A stretch of 51,270 nucleotides of DNA from Candidatus Woesearchaeota archaeon (GTDB lineage Archaea; Nanobdellota; Nanobdellia; Woesearchaeales; JAGWAF01), in NCBI GenBank assembly GCA_018303205.1, contig JAGVYP010000033.1, positions 1 through 51,270 on the forward strand, read 5' to 3'. The notes under the pieces were generated by a model. It was not told where the DNA came from and ran no database searches. It saw only the letters and a list, made by a program, of their open reading frames with translations. Shown in pieces: positions 27,201 to 35,926 of the stretch. Made by a program: the position numbers and the translations under genes. Position 1 is the stretch's first letter. Each line of letters begins with the position of its first letter.

Positions 27201-30200
27201 TGCGTATCAAAATAGAAATAACCTCGTTCTACTTTTACAACTCCTCCTTCTGTTGTGAAAAGACCTCGTGTAGGATCTAATCTCATCACACGAACAATAA
27301 GTTCAGGACTACCTCTGGGCTCTGCCCATTGCGGAGCAAAGCCAGTAACATCAAGAGGATCTAAACCGGAAATGATTCCACTATAGCCACTTGCTGAAGC
27401 TCTTTCCTCAGTTGGCTCAATGGAAGTTGAGCGAGCAGGAATAGGAACTACTGTTGTTGCAATTCCTCCTTCATATTTCAGCGTCATACCTGTTCGCAAA
27501 TGCTGAGGAGCAACACCACCCAGTTTGTTACCCTTTGCTTCACACATTCCAGCAAGAGCATTAAAAAGCTTAGGACAACTGAGGGTTTCTCCTGGTGAAG
27601 GTGGACCGTCAAAACCCTCAGGTAACGGTATACTTAATGTTGGATCCACATTTTCGTTTTGCGCAGCATAACAAACACTTTGCTTCAACTCATTCATACC
27701 CAAGCACGCACTGTTCCACTCACCCATATACTCAACACCGCAACATTTGGAATCAGAAGGATGCAAGCCATAACAATTCAAATCAGTTTCTTTATACAGA
27801 TAAGGTGTTTCATCCCCCTTAAACCAAGAAGTAGGCTTTAACAAATTTGTACCATGCTTGTCTTTTTGAGTTTTATAATCCTCATAAATTGTTCTTACAC
27901 TATTATACGTTGTTGGGGTAATAAAGTTTCCAGCACTATTGGTTACTGCACAGCTACTTCCCCCATAATAATTCTTTCCTCTCACATTCACAACCGTAAG
28001 TGCTTGACTAGCTGCACCTACCTGTTGTTCTTTAATATAATTCTGCAACGTAGGAGCTGCAGGACAAGCAAGCCTGTCACCGAGCATGTTACCCCATCCT
28101 TGGATCTGCTTGAGTCTAAGAATTGCTTTAGAACATTCCATACACGTAAGATATTGTTCAGCATTCCCATCCTCACCCACTAAATATTTCTGATTGCATA
28201 AACCGTATCTTGCCACATTCACATCCAGAGGAGATTGACCATGAAACACAGAAAGCATACCTCGTCCTGTGCACTTCCACGCAGTTGTTCCTGCTTGCAC
28301 AAATTCAATAACCTTCATTCCACCCCAAAGCAAGAAAATCGTATTCTCCACTTTTCTAATAGGTTCTAAAACTTTATCAATAAGTTTTACAGCATCATCC
28401 AAAACCTTAGCTGTTCCTTCAAAAGCACCGGGAGCTAAAGATTGGAATGTAACTGTTTTATCAATGGCAATTTCAAACTTAGGATAACACACCTTCTGCA
28501 CTTTTGTTTCAGAAAGAAAATCACCTGTAACAGCTCCCCCAATTCCAGTTTGAGAAATAACACCTCCCTCAGGAGTAGTCTGATATCCAGGCCTGTTTTC
28601 AATATACTGAATTTCTAATTCCAAAGGAACTTTAATACAACCGTAGATATCACCCGCTAAGCCTTCTGCACACTCTCCTTTGTTAGTGTCTGCAATTTTA
28701 TCAAGACTCTCTTGCCTATCATCAGACTCCTCATCACCAAAATCATAACCATGAACACTGATACTTGCAGCTCCATGCTTAAACTCCCTGTCCCAAATAA
28801 GCGTAGGAGCACCTACTTGGTCTATTTGTTCTATCTCATCATGCTCCTGCCTGTTCAAAGGAGGAATGTGTAATGCAGGAGGCCTTGCAATTTGATAACG
28901 AGGATACTCCCTTCCATTGACAGTAAATTTTTCTTCAGAAGGATACGTAAGATGCAGAGTAAAGAACACTTCTGCAGTACCATCAAGAATTTCATCAGGA
29001 TGCACTAATCGTGTAGGAGCTTCAAGTTGCACACCAAATATCCCACTCTGCCCACACTTTGCAAAAATAAGATCATAGATATGATCATCAATGGTTTCAA
29101 AACCCGCAGAGTCAACTGCTTTTATTTTAACACGATTATGCCAGCCAGAACTCTCTGCAGAACCAACACTTGCTCCTGGAATGCTCGCTTCAAACAAGTC
29201 AGGATCTCGTGCTAATTCAACCTCTGCAGTAAAATAACCGGTATCATCAGTAGGCACAATCATCGTAGGAGTATCTGCATCAATATCCTCATTCACATAA
29301 ATATAGACTGCCGCAGGTTCTGTTATCTTTCCCCTAATTTTTGCAACATCATCATAAACAGGAGAAAGATCAGCAATATTAGTTTCTTCCATGACAAAAG
29401 CAGGAGCTTGCGTGTCGTACAAGATTTCAGCTATTTGTTCTGCAATGTTACCAGCAGCATCAACTACTCTAATTGTAATAAGATTTCTTCCTTCATAAAG
29501 CGTAACTGATTGAGTAAAAGGACCTTGTACTTGCGTTCCTTGACTTCCCCCACTTTGACAAGAAAGATCAACAGGAGTTAGAGTAGGAAGAGTTCCTCCA
29601 CTTCCATCAAATGCAACTTCCAACGGAGCACTCACATCACTCACACGACAATTACTCGTTACTCCTGCAACCGTAAAAAGAACCCGTGTTCCAGGAGCAC
29701 CCTGCTGAAAAACATACTCTTCCTGGGGAACTTCTGCAATGAGAATACCATTTGCATATACCGCATAAGAAGAGAAAGCAGGATCAAGATTCCAATGCAA
29801 GCGAGCAGTATCAGGACCTGCAGGATCAACAAGAATAGGAGGAGCAAGTACAGGAAGAGAAGATGCTCCTAGCAATTCAGCAGTAACCGAGAGTGTAACA
29901 GGCTCACTCACATCTCCTGAAATCTGAAATGCTGCAGAGACTGCCGCAGGAAGAGGTTGAAGAGTAAGAAGAGGAGGAGAAATATCTACCAAAACATTTT
30001 TTATGACCTCACTTGATGAACCACTTGCATCACTCACCACAACACGCACTTCATTAGTCTGGTCAGGCTGCAAAGGAACATCATAAAACATGACAAAGCC
30101 CGAATCACCTGTTTCTGTTGGTGAACTTACCCTTTTTCTTACGCCATTCACAAAAACTTCTACTTTTGCTCGAGGAATAGTTTGCACAGGAATATCTAAA

Positions 30201-30901
30201 CTTGTTCTTGAAGAAGCATCAGGAAGAGTTGTGTCCAATTGAATCTGCATCTGTGCACCTTCTCCTGCGCCTGCAACAAACGTTTCTGGATCAGAACGAG
30301 AACAAAGACCTGCCTCATTACAAGATTCTACAAAGAAATAATGCACTTGATCTCTTTGAGTAGGAATAATGAGTTCATGTTGTAATGCAGTACCCTGCGT
30401 GTCTCTTGATTGGTCAGGAGCTGTTAAACCATAATACACTTTAGTTGTTGCAGGAACATTGGTAGTCCAGGTTATTGCTGTTGTTCCTGGCGAAAGAACC
30501 CGTGCGCGAACATCTGAGATGACTGGAGGAATAGTGGGAGAAGATTCTTGCCCAAGAATAAATGTATAAAATTGTCCACTGTTATCATCCACAATACTTT
30601 CTTGGCTGTTAAAAGCAACGATTTGGTAATAATAACGCTGTCCTGGAATAAGACCCGCAAGATCAATCGTATGTGTGGTTCTTCTCGTGCTTCCTGGATT
30701 GGGTTGAAGTGCCATACTCTCTGATGTTGCTTGTTCGCTGTAGTAAATGTGCACGATACTATCCGGATTTGTTATAATGGAAAAGCGAACACTGCTGCCT
30801 GTTATGATTTCGACGGTGTTTTGGTCAATAGTTAATGCAAAAGAGAAAGGGAGCACTAGCAAAAAGCAGACTAGCAGTGTGAGGAACATTTTTTTGTTCA
30901 T
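24272..30901 (-). CDS. Giant (2209 aa) secreted Cys-rich surface protein with N-terminal FN3/Ig-like repeats and a C-terminal HEXXH zincin-like module
   Basis: Uninterrupted 6.6-kb ORF. The Sec signal is MNKKMFLTLLVCFLLVLPFSFA. There are two FN3-like units (..GQRYYYQIVAFN.., ..TAITWTTNVPATTKVYYG..). HELGH is encoded at 24545-24559 within IVSHELGHTFGLCDVY (HExxHxxGxxD, M64-like DxY context). Confidence 0.8.
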   Translation of the reverse strand: MNKKMFLTLLVCFLLVLPFSFALTIDQNTVEIITGSSVRFSIITNPDSIVHIYYSEQATSESMALQPNPGSTRRTTHTIDLAGLIPGQRYYYQIVAFNSQESIVDDNSGQFYTFILGQESSPTIPPVISDVRARVLSPGTTAITWTTNVPATTKVYYGLTAPDQSRDTQGTALQHELIIPTQRDQVHYFFVESCNEAGLCSRSDPETFVAGAGEGAQMQIQLDTTLPDASSRTSLDIPVQTIPRAKVEVFVNGVRKRVSSPTETGDSGFVMFYDVPLQPDQTNEVRVVVSDASGSSSEVIKNVLVDISPPLLTLQPLPAAVSAAFQISGDVSEPVTLSVTAELLGASSLPVLAPPILVDPAGPDTARLHWNLDPAFSSYAVYANGILIAEVPQEEYVFQQGAPGTRVLFTVAGVTSNCRVSDVSAPLEVAFDGSGGTLPTLTPVDLSCQSGGSQGTQVQGPFTQSVTLYEGRNLITIRVVDAAGNIAEQIAEILYDTQAPAFVMEETNIADLSPVYDDVAKIRGKITEPAAVYIYVNEDIDADTPTMIVPTDDTGYFTAEVELARDPDLFEASIPGASVGSAESSGWHNRVKIKAVDSAGFETIDDHIYDLIFAKCGQSGIFGVQLEAPTRLVHPDEILDGTAEVFFTLHLTYPSEEKFTVNGREYPRYQIARPPALHIPPLNRQEHDEIEQIDQVGAPTLIWDREFKHGAASISVHGYDFGDEESDDRQESLDKIADTNKGECAEGLAGDIYGCIKVPLELEIQYIENRPGYQTTPEGGVISQTGIGGAVTGDFLSETKVQKVCYPKFEIAIDKTVTFQSLAPGAFEGTAKVLDDAVKLIDKVLEPIRKVENTIFLLWGGMKVIEFVQAGTTAWKCTGRGMLSVFHGQSPLDVNVARYGLCNQKYLVGEDGNAEQYLTCMECSKAILRLKQIQGWGNMLGDRLACPAAPTLQNYIKEQQVGAASQALTVVNVRGKNYYGGSSCAVTNSAGNFITPTTYNSVRTIYEDYKTQKDKHGTNLLKPTSWFKGDETPYLYKETDLNCYGLHPSDSKCCGVEYMGEWNSACLGMNELKQSVCYAAQNENVDPTLSIPLPEGFDGPPSPGETLSCPKLFNALAGMCEAKGNKLGGVAPQHLRTGMTLKYEGGIATTVVPIPARSTSIEPTEERASASGYSGIISGLDPLDVTGFAPQWAEPRGSPELIVRVMRLDPTRGLFTTEGGVVKVERGYFYFDTQGSPVNPSDPYGDSIIQDQKKFHRQIDMSEFFTGEVVTQEQAPELFKAKLCTGIPSGCDNPALVQSLWVRIKQELGTANKPYIVDPTSSLLRSAQCVCLGGLHKSLEIWRGRLSAVSSCFKQVQYTGNGDPSVCQEVLSASICDVVIDILRCVVNTVGDAPGSRIGGESLVPTTMDRLGLGFISSAVRGVVQTGRDITYAMRQGFSTVTDGVSKRYGGTTFYKNLFLEKKLMNAICLWSFTGNYDLDLDDIITDSINDLPIAPQPFIISAQREFMSPGFGVSMYPMHRYTVPFLIDAGADMQYQLQLVCSDDHTCSGYGFEGGRCDCAGSHELGSGKVIRTVETGSLSSGANFEKLYEANLQEAVRFDKVRLTFQYVNNQGEYVEGTPIERRITTHGSAHPPQCKFRQVAGAFTCQYEETLEGVGSARFLQPESVTPNYLSGRQGFILDEEIKFNNLRILQDIPGLQQCSAGECEFTKYLIWDIKNQHGQLVASNYNIPDPRFVLNTDGETVVDRPIIRFDGNWMNIGQSGYASPGQTQCNPQDPARSARYQDTFSITFTLYDAGRAGSTTGAGWTRSNAITIFNGELQQKTITFNVLCSRDGGSASAPLVTGITNIEFIDLTTGARYSPDDGRMPVNTRIKVLITTNDQGKQTDPMTISYADTSLTVTKHTITPNTWFADFDSGERGDHVLNYQFTRYDGTSAGQGTITIKVGQAGSSSLLGYDGDDDCITSGDCTDYFYWLPLHSWQGNQFERYRDAAMKGSEIFKKATNFENERTGFIVVTEEQMRLAQNDKCTALLDPSKTYMTDELMGTLLDDIKTCADALRNIIGKPYKKVIGFSRKSGTELFSPERHNTLGYTRRNGESVVVTNGQLSSAGIVSHELGHTFGLCDVYKFTDYNLQDIAPNRCLNTFPLNCDTDALKLDCPGQPENELYNVQRLKGISGFCAGEQTHYEFMGSMTDLYCGFQRDDKDAIS

Positions 30902-30933
30902 GGTATTTTTTATATTGTCTTGTTTCTTTTTAT

Positions 30934-31070
30934 TTTTTTATCAATATTTTTTGTGTATTTTTCAATGATATTTTATCAAATGTCTATTTTTTGTAATCTT
31001 CTTATTTTATCAATGTTTTTTGTGAATTTATTTTTTTAATGAATTCTTTATCAAACGTCCTGTTTTAATT
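30934..31070. repeat. Three to four degenerate ~35-bp tandem repeats between element copy B and the giant-gene start
   Basis: TTATCAA[TA] boxes start at 30938, 30973, 31007 and 31048. The first three are each followed by TTTTTTGT[GA]. Confidence 0.55.
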
Positions 31071-31075
31071 TTTTC

Positions 31076-31176
31076 GCACCATTGCGGAGACTTACTGTTC
31101 CGTTGATCGCAGATTTTGCGTCGAAGCTGCTGCATGAATCGCAGCTTCTCCTGGTTTTGCTCCAAGGCAATGGTGC
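31076..31176 (+). repeat. Copy B of the same element
   Basis: GCACCATTGC-GGAGA...CGCAGATTTTGCG-TC-GAAGCTGC-TGCATGAATC-GCAGCTTC-...TTTTGCTCCAAG-GCAATGGTGC. Relative to copy A, the substitutions in both stems are compensatory. Confidence 0.8.
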
Positions 31177-31208
31177 TTTGTGTGTTATTCCTCTTTTTTG
31201 TAACATTT

Positions 31209-33215
31209 TCATGTGAAGCTCGGTTGTAAGGCAGTGTTTAATCTTCCTGAATATATTTGGTCAAAGAGACGCATTTGATAGTTTTCATCTTCAAGATTGA
31301 TAGGTCTTGATTCAAGCACATAAAAAGTTATGGTTTGCGCCCCTCCAATATCTGAGTAGGAAATGGTCAAGTTTTCATCATGATAACCTCCTACGATAGT
31401 ACCCATCTGCGTATGCATAAGATCTGCTTCATACTGTGCAGTATCATCAATAAGTTCTATCAGAGTAGCATTTTCTTCATTCGGCCAGTCATAAATAATG
31501 TCATACTCAACACCTTTAGGATGCAAATAAAGCGAAATTTCGTCTTGAACGCGCAGATCTTCCTGAGGATAGAAAGCTTGATCTTCTTCACTAGAATACA
31601 CATACGGAAGTTTCTTAATTGCAATATTCAACTTTCTGAGCTTAAGCATTTCGACAGTTAATGCTCTTTCTGTCAATTGTGCTGTTGCTGGTAAATACCC
31701 TTCCTTAGTAAAAGTGATAAAAGGATTACCGCAAGAGCTAGGAATATTTGTTGTAAGCACATTTGCTCCTTGTCTGGCAACAATAGTTCCCAACTCACAA
31801 TGATTACTAAAACACGTAGAGCTTACGTTTACATTAGTAAGTTCTGACTGATACCCATATGCGTCATAACCTATAGCTTTGAAATCAAAAAAGATATCTC
31901 CTCTTTCTTGACAAAATTCTTCTCCAACACTATAATCAGTAAATTGTTGTTCACTGTACACTCCCCTACTTGGTTCATTATGATGCACTAACACGGTAAA
32001 GGCAAACTTGAAATTGTACCCTTCACCACGATAACTCTCATCATCACGCACAGTAACAAGCACAGGATAGATAACATCGTACGTAAAATGATACTGATTC
32101 ATACACAGAAAGCGCAACCAGATAGGAAATTGTGAAGCAACATTACTCTGCAAAAACCCATTCGTATTAGGATGCCCATTAAAGTTCATATCCCAATAAG
32201 GACTATAATGAAACTTTACTTTCAAATCATTTTCCGGAGTTCCCACATCAAAGAATCCATGAAAATACGCAAACCTGTCATCAGGAAGATCATCCCTATC
32301 AGGCCATTCAATGGATTGAAGATCCTCATAACTTTCAGAACCCTCAAGAGACTCCTGAATTCTTTCATATTCATCACGCAACTCCTCATAGACACTTTCA
32401 TCCTGCAAGAAAGGGGTATATTGCGTATCTTTCACACGAACCTGATTAAGTACTTCACTCATAAGTTTTTTATTTTTTTCTTCCAAAACATCAAGACGCC
32501 ACTTCTCAGGACGACAACTAAACACAAGACCATCAAAAGGAAGTTCCTTACTCAAGATCATAGCATCAAGAGTTAATTTTTCAAGAAACTGCTGCTCATT
32601 CTCTGCATACATAATTCTTTTCGCAAGCTCATACACCTTCTTGATGCGCACGGGAATATTTGTTGTAAAATCTTTCAACGCTACACTACGTTCTTTACCA
32701 ATAAGGTCTGCCTGCAAAGGCCAAGCAAGACGCACCGTAACATCATTTTCTGTAAAGAGAACACTCGCTTGAGGAGGAGCTTCTTGCACGATTTTATATT
32801 GCGGAAAAGCAGCAAAGCTTTGCACACAGAATGCTAGTCCTTGTTCAACATGCAGTTTTACCTCATTTTGCATAAAAGGAATACTGGGAATTCTTAACTC
32901 ATTATTATAAGACCAATACGGAACTTTAAGCAAAGCATTACTATCTAAAGGAAGAAAGCTTGCCCTCATTCTAGAAATCGTATTAGGAAGCTGCACATAA
33001 CCTCCTTGATTAGCCATAATATTAAGCGCTTCTTGACCTAACGTGTTCATACAACTCTTGACATACTCATAGATAGGCTTGGCATCTTCAGGAACAAGAG
33101 CTTCTTCTACATTAATCTGTTCTTTCGATTGAATCATGTAGATAATGAGACCAGCAGAAATAATAATAATCAGGCCAATAATGATAAAGACCGTGATCTG
33201 ACCCCTCTTTCCCAT
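31209..33215 (-). CDS. Large (668 aa) protein with an archaeal class III (type IV pilin-like) signal peptide
   Basis: The N-terminus MGKRGQITVFIIIGLIIIISAGLIIY has [KR]-G-Q followed by a hydrophobic helix, as in EppA/PibD-processed archaeal pilins. The remainder is unassigned. Confidence 0.5.
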   Translation of the reverse strand: MGKRGQITVFIIIGLIIIISAGLIIYMIQSKEQINVEEALVPEDAKPIYEYVKSCMNTLGQEALNIMANQGGYVQLPNTISRMRASFLPLDSNALLKVPYWSYNNELRIPSIPFMQNEVKLHVEQGLAFCVQSFAAFPQYKIVQEAPPQASVLFTENDVTVRLAWPLQADLIGKERSVALKDFTTNIPVRIKKVYELAKRIMYAENEQQFLEKLTLDAMILSKELPFDGLVFSCRPEKWRLDVLEEKNKKLMSEVLNQVRVKDTQYTPFLQDESVYEELRDEYERIQESLEGSESYEDLQSIEWPDRDDLPDDRFAYFHGFFDVGTPENDLKVKFHYSPYWDMNFNGHPNTNGFLQSNVASQFPIWLRFLCMNQYHFTYDVIYPVLVTVRDDESYRGEGYNFKFAFTVLVHHNEPSRGVYSEQQFTDYSVGEEFCQERGDIFFDFKAIGYDAYGYQSELTNVNVSSTCFSNHCELGTIVARQGANVLTTNIPSSCGNPFITFTKEGYLPATAQLTERALTVEMLKLRKLNIAIKKLPYVYSSEEDQAFYPQEDLRVQDEISLYLHPKGVEYDIIYDWPNEENATLIELIDDTAQYEADLMHTQMGTIVGGYHDENLTISYSDIGGAQTITFYVLESRPINLEDENYQMRLFDQIYSGRLNTALQPSFT

Positions 33216-33353
33216 GCCCCACCTCTTTTGAGTAAAATCACAAAAAAGAGTATTTAAAGCTACCTATTTTTTGCGAGGAAAAGAAGGCCCAACAATTCCT
33301 AAGATAGATTAAGAATTTAATAAAAAGAAGATAAAACAATAAATAAAAGAAGT

Positions 33354-33782
33354 TTACTCTTTCTTTTCTGATTTTTCACTAGGACCCAGAGGAGTAGTGC
33401 CTTCTGTCACTGCTTTTACATTGATCTGCGCAGTTTCTCTTGAGATGGTATTTCCTGCAACGGTTTTTCTCGTTCTCATACCTTTCATGGATCTTTTTCC
33501 TTTTTTGTCCTTACCACGATACTTTTTTTTATTATTGACACCGATGCCTTTGACAGTGAGAATTTTTTTTCTTCCCATACCAGGAACATCACTTCTCATG
33601 GGAAATCCTGCTTTATCGCTTCCCCCTGTTATCTTAAATTCCCAACCCGTAAAATTAAGTGATTCGCCTTTGATGATTTCCCCGATTTTTTTGTCTAGAA
33701 ATATTTTACTGTCTGCTTCTGGGATGATCTTTTGAACAGATTTACCATCTTTTGTTCCGATTACAAGCTTGTATTCTGGCAT
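33354..33782 (-). CDS. rps6e: 30S ribosomal protein S6e
   Basis: KITGGSDKAGFPMRSDV...RKTVAGNTISRETAQINVK matches archaeal S6e. The start is set at MPEYKLVIG, because the ORF-track start at 33800 adds 6 residues. Confidence 0.9.
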   Translation of the reverse strand: MPEYKLVIGTKDGKSVQKIIPEADSKIFLDKKIGEIIKGESLNFTGWEFKITGGSDKAGFPMRSDVPGMGRKKILTVKGIGVNNKKKYRGKDKKGKRSMKGMRTRKTVAGNTISRETAQINVKAVTEGTTPLGPSEKSEKKE

Positions 33783-33939
33783 TTTTTCAACCCCGAGCAT
33801 TGCATCTTTGTGCGTACTCAGCGAGCACTACAACTCTCTGCTTCTATATATAGGTAGTGGTAAGATAATTTTTAACAATATTGTTAATAATTTTACGTGA
33901 GCTATTTTCTTATCAATTTATATAACCCCTTTTCTTAAA

Positions 33940-34383
33940 ATGACTATGCATAGTTCATTACAAGTTTATCAAAAGAATTATGTTCAAGCATTATACCAAA
34001 ACATGATGAACCTTTCCCATCATAAGATAGCAATGGGCTTAGTTATTGGCATCTTTTTTTCTGTTCTGCCCACCTTTGGATTAGGACTCTTCTTTTCATT
34101 ACTTCTCTCATGGCTTAGGAAATGGAATCTCATTGCAACCTTTACCTCATCACTTCTTTCAAACTTTTTGATTATTCCCTCTATTTATTTCTACGATTTT
34201 ATTGTGGGAAATTGGATTCTTGGACAACGCTATGCAGGACAAATAGTGATCACTCCCAAAAGTCTTGAATACCTTGGATTAGAAGTGTATCTGGGAGGAA
34301 TCATTCTAGCAACAATAAGCTGTGTACTACTCTACCTTTTTATCCATACTGCTGCACGGTATTACCCCGAGAAAAAAAGATAA
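33940..34383 (+). CDS. DUF2062-like small membrane protein
   Basis: HHKIAMGLVIGIFFSVLPTFGLGLFFSLLLSWLRKWN...NFLIIP fits the DUF2062 pattern. Confidence 0.5.
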   Translation: MTMHSSLQVYQKNYVQALYQNMMNLSHHKIAMGLVIGIFFSVLPTFGLGLFFSLLLSWLRKWNLIATFTSSLLSNFLIIPSIYFYDFIVGNWILGQRYAGQIVITPKSLEYLGLEVYLGGIILATISCVLLYLFIHTAARYYPEKKR

Positions 34384-34595
34384 TCCCTGTTCTTTCACCG
34401 TTTATTCTGGTTACCTTTTTATCTTTTTGATCATTGAACATTTTTTAACAATGAAAAAAGAGTAAGAAAGAAAAAGAAATCATCGTGCGATAATGACTAT
34501 GAAGCAGAAGAATCTTCAAGAAAACTAAACGAGAAAAGAGCTATTTTGAATTTTGAGGAGGCAAAACTTTTAAATCCTCATTTTTCAATAATATT

Positions 34596-35141
34596 ATGGT
34601 AACGAAAATCACTTATTTTGTTCATGGAACTACAACCGATAACGAACAGGAAATCTCCTCTGGCTGGTTTGATGTTGATTTATCGGAGTTAGGGGTTCAA
34701 CAATCAGTTGAATTGTGGGATAAAATCAAAGACAAGCATTTTGATGTTGTTTTCTGTTCTGACTTAAAACGGGCTGTGCATTCTGCTGAATTAACCTTTA
34801 AAGATAAAGTAAAAATTATTCCAGACAAACGATTGAGGGAATGTAATTATGGAAAATATAATGCACAGCCCTCTGAAATTGTTGAACCCCCTCAAGAGCA
34901 ATATGTAACGAGGAGATTTCCTGACGGAGAAAGTTACGAGGATGTCAAAATGAGAATAAGTGATTTTCTTGATTTTTTGAAGAAAAATTATGATGGAAAG
35001 TCGGTTGCCATTGTTGCACACAAAGCCCCGCAATTAGCATTAGATGTTTTGTTGAAGAATAAAACTTGGGAACAGGCTTTTGCTGATGACTGGCGAAAAA
35101 CAAAAGCATGGCAACCGGGCTGGGATTATACTTTGGAATGA
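34596..35141 (+). CDS. Histidine phosphatase superfamily (phosphoglycerate mutase-like) protein
   Basis: ITYFVHGTTTDNE..G..DVDLSELGVQQ...VFCSDLKRAVHSAE...AIVAHKAP parallels RHGeT..N...D..Lt..G..QA...sSpl.Ra..TA...vsH, with Val replacing the first Arg. Confidence 0.6.
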   Translation: MVTKITYFVHGTTTDNEQEISSGWFDVDLSELGVQQSVELWDKIKDKHFDVVFCSDLKRAVHSAELTFKDKVKIIPDKRLRECNYGKYNAQPSEIVEPPQEQYVTRRFPDGESYEDVKMRISDFLDFLKKNYDGKSVAIVAHKAPQLALDVLLKNKTWEQAFADDWRKTKAWQPGWDYTLE

Positions 35142-35317
35142 AAGTTTTGCCCCTTTTATTATGAACGCTCTTTTCTCGACTCACTCCGCTTCGTTCCGTG
35201 CCACGCTGCGCTTTCGCTCCACCTCGTTCCTCTTACCCTTAAGACGATATAACTCCATGATACTGATAATTACATAAAATCAAAACTCTTAAAAAGTCAG
35301 TATTAATAAAAAGCGAT

Positions 35318-35920
35318 ATGATTGTGAATGAAACAATAAATGTGACGATGAATACGACCCTGCAGGAAAGTCAGGGAAATGCTGTGATTTCTTTCTTCTC
35401 CCTTATTCAAGATCGTATTATAGAACTCATCACTGCCCCTTCAAGATATCCTGAAATGCTTTGGATGGCCATCCCTCTTATTTTTACGCTTTTTGTCATG
35501 CAACTTTATTTTGGAAGATACATCAAAGAAGAATTAGGCTGGAATACCGCAGTAGGAAATAGCATGGTTTTAATCTTTATCTCGATTGATTTGTTCAGGT
35601 ATATTTACAATCATTTTGAACCTCACCACTGGATCGTGTATTTTTATCAATACAAGAAAAGTCTTATCGCACTGCTTATTCTTGTGCAAGGAATGATTCT
35701 CTGGAAGGAAAACTTTTTTCACAAATGGCCAAAGAAAATAGCTTTTTTTATTTCATCACCGATCTGTGTAAACCTTATTGCCTATGTAGCATTGGCGTCA
35801 GTTTACTCGAATGTTCCCTTTGATGGCATTACCTTAATCGCAGCATTAGTCATCTTCTTTATTCTTGCGGGAATCTTTCACCTTATTCACAAAGTTGAAT
35901 ATGTGCCTGAGCAAACTTAA
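35318..35920 (+). CDS. Hypothetical membrane protein
   Basis: A 200-aa ORF with 4-5 hydrophobic spans. Confidence 0.45.
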   Translation: MIVNETINVTMNTTLQESQGNAVISFFSLIQDRIIELITAPSRYPEMLWMAIPLIFTLFVMQLYFGRYIKEELGWNTAVGNSMVLIFISIDLFRYIYNHFEPHHWIVYFYQYKKSLIALLILVQGMILWKENFFHKWPKKIAFFISSPICVNLIAYVALASVYSNVPFDGITLIAALVIFFILAGIFHLIHKVEYVPEQT

Positions 35921-35926
35921 GATTGA

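Noticed and set aside
24154-31176. The three-copy element interpreted as classical integron attC sites, a CRISPR array, C/D-box or H/ACA sRNAs, or a hammerhead ribozyme.
   Set aside because: There is no integrase, and the ends lack RYYYAAC/GTTRRRY cores. The copies are kilobases apart rather than in a spaced array. There are no RUGAUGA/CUGA boxes and no CUGANGA...GAAA core. A non-classical recombination site remains possible and is noted in the findings.
35160-35255. A locally GC/pyrimidine-rich patch after the phosphatase gene, with an imperfect direct repeat (CTCCGCTTCGTTCC / CTCCACCTCGTTCC).
   Set aside because: There is no convincing stem structure, no tRNA-like arms and no second copy in the window. 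Evidence is insufficient to call it a feature.
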